Source: a virus
Length of the DNA: 64,000 nucleotides
Direction: 5' to 3' (one strand)
Virus record (IMG/VR): IMGVR_UViG_3300020180_000013
Span: 32,196 to 96,195 of that record
Below, in pieces: positions 57,858-64,000 of the stretch; the stretch's first letter is position 1, and every line of letters begins with the position of its first letter. The notes beneath the pieces are model-generated. The model did no database searches. It was not told the DNA's origin and saw only the letters and a list, made by a program, of their open reading frames with translations. The position numbers were made by a program, and so were the translations under genes.

Positions 57858-58496
57858 TCATAAAGAGTTTAATAGATCTATTAGTTTAGGTTGCGGTGAG
57901 CAATCATTTTTATCTGATCTGTAAGACACATGTGTCCATAATCCAGATCCTCCATTAAGTGCTGTATGATTAATATCAAATATCTCTGGCCTGAATTTTT
58001 TATCTATTTTGAACTTATCACATAAATGAAGAATGAGAGCTTTTAAAGAAGCTAATTGGGCATCTGTATATTTATGATAATATAAGAATCCTCTGAAAGG
58101 ACTTGTGAAAGTTACTACTTCTTCTGCAGAGGCTTCTGTGTTTACATAGTTATAGAACTTATTTTCTTTTTTAACTAGCTGACCCCAGTTACAGATCTCT
58201 ATACCTATTGATTTCTCAGTAACATCCAGGTTATTAGCTGTCTTCAAGCCCAGGTGATATGCATGATACTTAGGATCAAAAGCTTCTACTATATCTCCGT
58301 CTTTATAAGATTTAGTCTTATCTTCTTTGCCGGCTATTACATAAGCTGTACCTACTCTTTCTGCATTAAAGTTCCACCCATGAAGTACATTATATGGATT
58401 AGGTCCCCCTGCAGTATGGTGGAGTACTAAAATAGATTTTGGATTCTCATGTTTATAATATTGAGAATCATCAATATGTTTCTGTATTATGTTCAT
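57858..58496 (-). CDS. Endolysin, N-acetylmuramoyl-L-alanine amidase (Amidase_2)
   Basis: LVLHHTAG...AYHLG...SIGIEI...YTDAQ...THVSYRSDKNDC. Confidence 0.92.
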   Translation of the reverse strand: MNIIQKHIDDSQYYKHENPKSILVLHHTAGGPNPYNVLHGWNFNAERVGTAYVIAGKEDKTKSYKDGDIVEAFDPKYHAYHLGLKTANNLDVTEKSIGIEICNWGQLVKKENKFYNYVNTEASAEEVVTFTSPFRGFLYYHKYTDAQLASLKALILHLCDKFKIDKKFRPEIFDINHTALNGGSGLWTHVSYRSDKNDCSPQPKLIDLLNSL

Positions 58497-59041
58497 TGGT
58501 TAGATATTAAAATAAATAATATAACTACTGATACTATAAATAGAGAAGTTCTAATAACTGGAGTAAGAAACTTAGTAGACCAGGCAGTAGAAGTAGTACT
58601 TTGAGCAAACCAGGTTTTAGTATAAATATCCGGATTTAGTTTATGTCTCCATCTATAGTAGTTTCCATCATGAATAAATGGAAACATCCCCATATAACAA
58701 AGAATAATATCCCAGGAAGTAAGGATCCATAATGGAATTATTACACATAATCTAATCATCATAAATAGAGGATGCTCATTAAAATTATCTGGCTCACTAT
58801 CATTTATCTCATGAGTATAATAATAAGCTTCAAGCTTAGATGTAAATAGTGTAAATACTATTCCTATAATACCACAATATAGAGCTGGGATTTCTATAAT
58901 TAAATTACCTATAAATTGACCGCCTAGAATATATTTCTGTAAAATGAAAAGAAATATTAATATACCTGCTGCTCCTAATCCCCAATAAATAGTTTCTAGA
59001 TTAGCTTGTCTTTTTATCTTTTTTAATTCTTCTGGTGTCAT
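58493..59041 (-). CDS. Multi-pass membrane protein
   Basis: 182 aa with about 4 hydrophobic segments; overlaps the endolysin start (ATGA). Confidence 0.65.
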   Translation of the reverse strand: MTPEELKKIKRQANLETIYWGLGAAGILIFLFILQKYILGGQFIGNLIIEIPALYCGIIGIVFTLFTSKLEAYYYTHEINDSEPDNFNEHPLFMMIRLCVIIPLWILTSWDIILCYMGMFPFIHDGNYYRWRHKLNPDIYTKTWFAQSTTSTAWSTKFLTPVIRTSLFIVSVVILFILISNQ

Positions 59042-59047
59042 GTTAGT

Positions 59048-59371
59048 TTATTTTAGTAACCATTCACTAATTATTTTACCAAGACCTATAGTTGAAAATA
59101 TTGCTATAACTATTTTTACTATTGCTTTTCTTAGTTTTCTATCGTCTAGAAGAAGAGTCATTTTTTCATCTAAATCAGTAATCTGTTTTCTTGTGGATTT
59201 TAATTCATCAGTAACTCCAGTTATATCTTTTTCTTTATCACCATACATCTTGAGTTTCAACATTTCTGTAGCAACCCATATTTGTTCAATCATCATAGAT
59301 TGAGAGGGGATTTCTTGAGCTGGTATACTTACACTTCTAGGTATTTTAGAAGTCTTGCCATTTCCTTCCAT
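59048..59371 (-). CDS. Coiled-coil protein with C-terminal TM (holin/antiholin-like)
   Basis: 107 aa; IVKIVIAIFSTIGLG. Confidence 0.55.
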   Translation of the reverse strand: MEGNGKTSKIPRSVSIPAQEIPSQSMMIEQIWVATEMLKLKMYGDKEKDITGVTDELKSTRKQITDLDEKMTLLLDDRKLRKAIVKIVIAIFSTIGLGKIISEWLLK

Positions 59372-59381
59372 AAGTTATAAT

Positions 59382-59549
59382 TTAAGATATAGACACTAAT
59401 TTTCCATCAATAACTTGCATGCCTTCTGTTTCTGTGGTATCATCTACCCATATTTGTTTTATGGGATCTTCAACTATAGGAGCTGTATCTGACATTACTA
59501 CAGTTAAGACATCGGGTGCTGATTCGGTATATTGTATAAACATAAGCAT
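59382..59549 (-). CDS. Small acidic protein (55 aa), possible fibre chaperone
   Basis: Read manually: MLMFIQYTESAPDVLTVVMSDTAPIVEDPIKQIWVDDTTETEGMQVIDGKLVSIS; fills the gap after the fibre gene. Confidence 0.55.
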   Translation of the reverse strand: MLMFIQYTESAPDVLTVVMSDTAPIVEDPIKQIWVDDTTETEGMQVIDGKLVSIS

Positions 59550-59560
59550 TAAATAAATAT

Positions 59561-60655
59561 TTAATAAAATTCTATAAATTGCCCTGCAATTCTTTTTATG
59601 TTAGCCGAACTTGTATCTACAGTTCCTGTAACAGTTGTTGAATTAGTTAATGTGATACCTAAAAACAAAGTTCTTCCTGCCGTATCAGAAGTGTTAGAAT
59701 TATATCCACTCCAAAAGCCTGCTGTCTTAGCTACGTTAACAGCAGATATAGTTGCTGTATTACTAGTCAAAGAGGCAAGTGCTATATTTACAAACTGATT
59801 GCTTTTTAATATGCCAGATACAAACTCGATTACAGTATATCTTGTAGTTCTTGTTACACCTGTGCCATCTACTCTTACTAATCTAACATTAGTTGTAGAG
59901 GTTAGTTCAATAGTGTATGTATTATCACTTCCTGCATGTCTTGAGCCATATGCTATAAATGTGTTTGCAAGGGTTACTGCGGATATAGTAACATTAGTTG
60001 TAGTTGTTACATCAACATTAGTCTGAGCTGAAGAAAATTGTTGTATAGACTGAATTACTCCTGGTTGAAATTCTACTACAATAAAATTAGTAGTAGAACT
60101 AGATGCAAGACTACTATCTCTAGTTACGGTTGATGAATCAGTTAATGTTACACTAGATATTCTAGCAAGAGACGGTGTTGCTGTAGTTGTGCCAGTACCT
60201 CCTAAAAAAAATATAGCAGATTTTGTTGTATCTACTACAGGTATTTTTGCAGTTCCAGATGCTAATGCTCCTGTAGTTATACTACCATAGTGAACTTGCT
60301 TAATTAGATTTTCTGTAGCATCTATTATGCAGAAATTAACCGTTACAGAAAATACTGCATCAGTTGTATTTCTTGTAGCAGTAATAGTTGTAGCATCTGT
60401 AAAAGATAGTCTAGGACAAGATTCGGCAAGATCATCTAAGTCATTGCTGGTTGTAAAGCCAAGTATATTTAACCATGGAATATTTTTGACTTCTGTTATT
60501 GAAGTTTGTCCTACAGTATTACCAGCTGCTATAGTAATAGAGCCATATTGTACACTATTTACATATACCGTATTAAAATTTCTTGGGGGACTAGGAAGAG
60601 TCCTTGATGTAAACGATTGAGTATTATATGTTCTTGAAGTAAATGCTCTTACCAT
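59561..60655 (-). CDS. Fibre/adhesin-like protein with four ~80-aa beta-sandwich repeats
   Basis: Repeats of the form sxQxgxi...TISAV...T...LT.STxV...V(V/I)EF. Confidence 0.62.
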   Translation of the reverse strand: MVRAFTSRTYNTQSFTSRTLPSPPRNFNTVYVNSVQYGSITIAAGNTVGQTSITEVKNIPWLNILGFTTSNDLDDLAESCPRLSFTDATTITATRNTTDAVFSVTVNFCIIDATENLIKQVHYGSITTGALASGTAKIPVVDTTKSAIFFLGGTGTTTATPSLARISSVTLTDSSTVTRDSSLASSSTTNFIVVEFQPGVIQSIQQFSSAQTNVDVTTTTNVTISAVTLANTFIAYGSRHAGSDNTYTIELTSTTNVRLVRVDGTGVTRTTRYTVIEFVSGILKSNQFVNIALASLTSNTATISAVNVAKTAGFWSGYNSNTSDTAGRTLFLGITLTNSTTVTGTVDTSSANIKRIAGQFIEFY

Positions 60656-60657
60656 AA

Positions 60658-61443
60658 TTATACATTTTTACCTATTAAAGTCATATAACCATTTAATATT
60701 TCATAAAATTTTGCTTGATTAATAAGTCCTGAGCCAACCCCCCAGAATGATTGTTGTCTTGTACCTGGACTAGTTAGAACATTATTAAAATTATAAATAC
60801 CTACACATAAACTAGCAGTAGATAATGTAGAAGATACCCTTGCTGCAGTACCTAGTGATGCACCATTTTTGAAAAATTCTATAGTAGAGGCATCATTTCT
60901 TTGTGCAACAAATAATCCTCTTGAATCACTATTTGCTTTAGTGATTGTTAGACTTGTATCATTAGCTGCACCTAACATAAGATCTCCAGTAAATCTTGAG
61001 TTTATGCCCATAAATCCAGCAGCTGCACTAGAGCAACCTAAATCTGCTCCTGTGCCTAATATGTTCTCTCTACTATAAGTAAATACACAATTACTATTAG
61101 TAGTATGTTTAATTCCGTTAGATGGAAACCAATTAGTATTTATATACTGAGTTGTTCCATTAGGTTTTTCTCCTTCAAATTGGGTCCATGTAGGAGGTAT
61201 AGATCGTACTACTAATTGAGAAGATGGATTAATTAAGCTTACTAAACTATTTTGAAGAATTTCTCCTGCAGAGATCCATAATCTATCTAATTCAGACCAT
61301 GTTCCATATACTCCATCAAATTGATAAAGAGTTCTTATCAACCAATCTTTTCTTAATAACTCATTTAAAGATGGCATATCACAATAGTGAAAATAGCTTT
61401 CACTTAATGGATGAAACTTTATATTTCTTCTATTAATAAACAT
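60658..61443 (-). CDS. Structural protein with LamG/concanavalin-like C-terminal domain
   Basis: NGTTQYINTNW...GLFVAQR...FFKNG pattern. Confidence 0.5.
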   Translation of the reverse strand: MFINRRNIKFHPLSESYFHYCDMPSLNELLRKDWLIRTLYQFDGVYGTWSELDRLWISAGEILQNSLVSLINPSSQLVVRSIPPTWTQFEGEKPNGTTQYINTNWFPSNGIKHTTNSNCVFTYSRENILGTGADLGCSSAAAGFMGINSRFTGDLMLGAANDTSLTITKANSDSRGLFVAQRNDASTIEFFKNGASLGTAARVSSTLSTASLCVGIYNFNNVLTSPGTRQQSFWGVGSGLINQAKFYEILNGYMTLIGKNV

Positions 61444-61448
61444 GAATA

Positions 61449-62924
61449 TTATTTAACTCTATCAAAGTTATATTGAATCTGAAGATTGCCTGTTCCTGCA
61501 AAATCGGGAGCATTAGTTAATTTGTATGCAGCATATAAGTTAGTTGATCCACTAGCTGTGTATAATTTCTTGACTGAGATATTTGCAAATAAAGTAGTAC
61601 CTACTGTTTTATAATCTGCAGTATTAACTGTTATAACATCTATTACTTTAAGAATATCTGTAGTTCCAACTACCATGGCTGCATTGTCAGTATAGATGCC
61701 TGCAGTTGGATCAGAATTAAATAGCCAGATCTCAAAAGCAGCAGTAACATTCTCCAGAACTTGTATTCCTATATTGTCCAGATAAGCAGATCCGGCTGAA
61801 GTAAACATAGCTGAAGTAATAGTTTGTTTACCTCCCATATTATCATTAGCAGCATAGATTGCTGTATCTATTACAAGAGCTGGTTTAACAGTAGTAGATG
61901 CTCCATAAACTGTTATGGTATCATTAGTAGCAGATAAGTTTCCTTGATTAGTAAGTAATCCACCGTTGGTCTTATCAAAGGCAGACCCTACAGCATCTCC
62001 CTCTGTGTATGCAGGCTCATATGAGTCAGATTTCACTGCTTTACCACCAACATAAGCTGGCTTAAGATTTACCTGTGCGGCATTATCATCAACATCTCCT
62101 ACTACTTTAGTATTGCCGGCACCATCAACTGCCTGACCAGAGTAATTAAGATCTGTAGTAGTTAAAGTTGCATTGGCATCATTTCTTATAGCAAGTGATA
62201 GTACTCCAGCATCACCTGTAGTATAAGCTGCATCTTCTGCTTTTAATAAACTATCATTATCAGTAGTTTGAAATGTTCTGTTAATACCTACTCTAAGTTG
62301 TCCATTAGAATTGGCAACCGGTGTAGTATAATCTCCATCAGTTGTAGTTTGAGTAGAAGCTGTATCAACTCTCTTTGCAAGGATCATTACTCCTGTATCT
62401 CCATCAACTGAAGCAGCATCTTCAGCTTTGCCTAGATTGGTAGCACCGGTGCCTGGAACTATAGTTGTGATACCAAGAGATCCATCAACTGTTATTGAGT
62501 TTCCACCATCTTGTATATTAACTGCAGCTGCACCACCAGCATTGTTTACTGTAACATCACCTATATCTACTCCAGGTTGGGCAGTAGCTATGACATTTAA
62601 TTCTCCGGCTGCTGTAACTAATGCAGTATCTGTACCATCAGTGATTTTAGTAAACTGGGTTTTATTAGTTTGGTTGGCATTAGTAATAGCAATCAATGCC
62701 TCTAATTGATCTGTGTTTAGATTGATACTTTCTGCTGTGATTTCTATATCAGCAGTATTATCCCGGATCTCTGTAAGTAGGGCATTAGTAGCAGGACAAC
62801 AACCAGCTCCTCCACCAGACTCTGTGTTTTCTACTATACACTCTAATGCTTTTAATACATTATATTCGTATCTCCAGTTAGAGCCTTTATTACCAGAGTT
62901 TGGATTACCATTACCTAGTCCCAT
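61449..62924 (-). CDS. Fibre-like structural protein with internal repeats
   Basis: 491 aa; duplicated KAEDAA...GDxGV..LA.R.D...TTTD..Y module; short N-terminal coiled coil. Confidence 0.6.
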   Translation of the reverse strand: MGLGNGNPNSGNKGSNWRYEYNVLKALECIVENTESGGGAGCCPATNALLTEIRDNTADIEITAESINLNTDQLEALIAITNANQTNKTQFTKITDGTDTALVTAAGELNVIATAQPGVDIGDVTVNNAGGAAAVNIQDGGNSITVDGSLGITTIVPGTGATNLGKAEDAASVDGDTGVMILAKRVDTASTQTTTDGDYTTPVANSNGQLRVGINRTFQTTDNDSLLKAEDAAYTTGDAGVLSLAIRNDANATLTTTDLNYSGQAVDGAGNTKVVGDVDDNAAQVNLKPAYVGGKAVKSDSYEPAYTEGDAVGSAFDKTNGGLLTNQGNLSATNDTITVYGASTTVKPALVIDTAIYAANDNMGGKQTITSAMFTSAGSAYLDNIGIQVLENVTAAFEIWLFNSDPTAGIYTDNAAMVVGTTDILKVIDVITVNTADYKTVGTTLFANISVKKLYTASGSTNLYAAYKLTNAPDFAGTGNLQIQYNFDRVK

Positions 62925-62950
62925 GAGTTAGATTTTAATTAGTGTGATAT

Positions 62951-62961
62951 ATTATAATATA
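62951..62961 (-). promoter_or_regulatory. Putative promoter -7-like element TATATTATAAT
   Basis: Identical 11-mer to 38321-38331; 27 nt upstream of the ATG at 62924. Confidence 0.5.
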
Positions 62962-62996
62962 CTAATTTATCTTGAATATAAAAAATATTATGATGC

Positions 62997-63347
62997 TTAT
63001 TTAATAGTACCTCTTAATACTTCAAGAAGTTGGGACATGATGTGAGTGTGTAAATATGCCTCAGCCTCATGCTCTTTATCCCGGTCTAAAATAGCCGGTA
63101 GAATGTACTGGCACATATGAGTGGTAGTATTTTCCAGTTCTCTATGTAGAGCTATATAATTAGAATTAGTTAACCTGATCTTATCACCTGATATTCCGGC
63201 TAACCAATCACTAGCTTGTTTCTTCTTCAGAAGTCTGATGACTTCATCATAACTAAACTGGTAAGAGAATAGAATAGTAGCCGGGAATATTCCTGTATCA
63301 AGCCAATGAAGGATCTTAATAGACTTAGTTGGTTTAGCCTTTTTCAT
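62997..63347 (-). CDS. Hypothetical protein
   Basis: 116 aa; H...EAEAY resembles the second half of a zincin motif. Confidence 0.55.
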   Translation of the reverse strand: MKKAKPTKSIKILHWLDTGIFPATILFSYQFSYDEVIRLLKKKQASDWLAGISGDKIRLTNSNYIALHRELENTTTHMCQYILPAILDRDKEHEAEAYLHTHIMSQLLEVLRGTIK

Positions 63348-63922
63348 ACTTTAGTTTTATTTAAATACTCCTTAAATTTATCATAACCTATATAATCAAA
63401 AGATGGATTAAAATCTTCTTTTCTTATAAATATCCATCCTTTTACAGATCGTTTTCCCTCGGGCTTTCCAATCCAATATCTAATAGCTTTATATACATAT
63501 CTTGAGGATATATTAATAGACTCTTTTATCTGTAAAATAGTTAGTTCTCTAATCTCCTTTGTATTGATGTTTATACATATTATATCTTTTAAAACTCTAG
63601 TTAAAGCAGTAGATCTATGTATTTTAAGATCATTAGGTAGAACACAGTTGTAGCCTTTTTCCGGATTCATAGAATTATAAAAATTAACCCAATAAGTTTC
63701 TCTAGTTAATAAGTCTTGTTTTAGACATAGTTCTTGAATAGAGAAATCAAAATTAGATTCAGTACACTTATTCCAATCTTTTTGAATTATATTATTACAA
63801 TGGAGTCCTCTTCTTAGGTTATATCTATGTCTTGACCAATGTTTATTAATGTTAATAGAAGATCCTACATATATCTTTTGACTTACTAAATTTCGTATTA
63901 AATATACTCCTGATCTTTTCAT
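63344..63922 (-). CDS. GIY-YIG homing endonuclease
   Basis: SGVYLIRN...IYVGSS...RE.YW...GYN. Likely start MKRSG at 63922. Confidence 0.9.
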   Translation of the reverse strand: MKRSGVYLIRNLVSQKIYVGSSININKHWSRHRYNLRRGLHCNNIIQKDWNKCTESNFDFSIQELCLKQDLLTRETYWVNFYNSMNPEKGYNCVLPNDLKIHRSTALTRVLKDIICININTKEIRELTILQIKESINISSRYVYKAIRYWIGKPEGKRSVKGWIFIRKEDFNPSFDYIGYDKFKEYLNKTKV

Positions 63923-63949
63923 AAAATTTTTTCTATAATTTTTACAAAA

Positions 63950-63957
63950 CAAATATA
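63950..63957 (-). promoter_or_regulatory. Bacteroidota-type -7 element TATATTTG
   Basis: Matches TAnnTTTG, 28 nt upstream of the ATG at 63922. Confidence 0.5.
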
Positions 63958-64000
63958 CAATTCTTTTTTAACATAGGGATGTTATGTATATTCAATAGTG

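Noticed and set aside
970-62931. All plus-strand ORFs in the track (e.g. 29184-29543, 30045-30416, 47710-48006)
   Set aside because: They are antisense shadows of long minus-strand genes and show no recognisable motifs.
1-64000. Genome-wide stop-codon reassignment (TAG or TGA), as in some crAss-like phages
   Set aside because: Genes are intact under the standard code, and TAG ends the MCP, portal and other genes at sensible positions. Only the 32213 TAG looks anomalous.
1-64000. tRNA or rRNA genes
   Set aside because: Intergenic gaps are short and I saw no cloverleaf or T-loop signature; tRNAscan-SE would be needed to confirm.

Overview
A low-GC, densely coding window in which essentially every real gene is on the minus strand. 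It is the virion-morphogenesis half of a crAss-like (Crassvirales-related, podovirus-type) phage, most likely infecting Bacteroidota. In transcription order (right to left) it holds: fibre-like genes; a membrane-protein-rich lysis cassette around an amidase; small accessory genes (a DUF2829/Tad2-like remnant, an HU-like protein, a PD-(D/E)XK nuclease); putative TerS; TerL with a LAGLIDADG intein; portal; putative scaffold; major capsid protein; a ferritin-like protein; a block of very Cys-rich fibre/appendage genes; ring and muzzle tail proteins; internal cargo proteins; and a giant virion RNA polymerase (DFDID motif, fused HExxH zincin). The RNA polymerase ORF runs off the left edge and is missing from the supplied ORF track. 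Seven free-standing homing endonucleases are interspersed. The most notable observations are: (i) a candidate plug-and-socket fibre system, in which one docking peptide is hidden behind an in-frame amber stop, three genes share an N-terminal anchor, and an intergenic spacer is triplicated; (ii) a recurrent phi-x-x-G-G motif that punctuates cargo proteins; (iii) a 3'-UTR hairpin whose loop is antisense to a recurrent AAACCAAC leader motif; (iv) variant Bacteroidota-type promoters and a palindromic operator. All family assignments come from motif recognition and synteny by eye, not from database searches.
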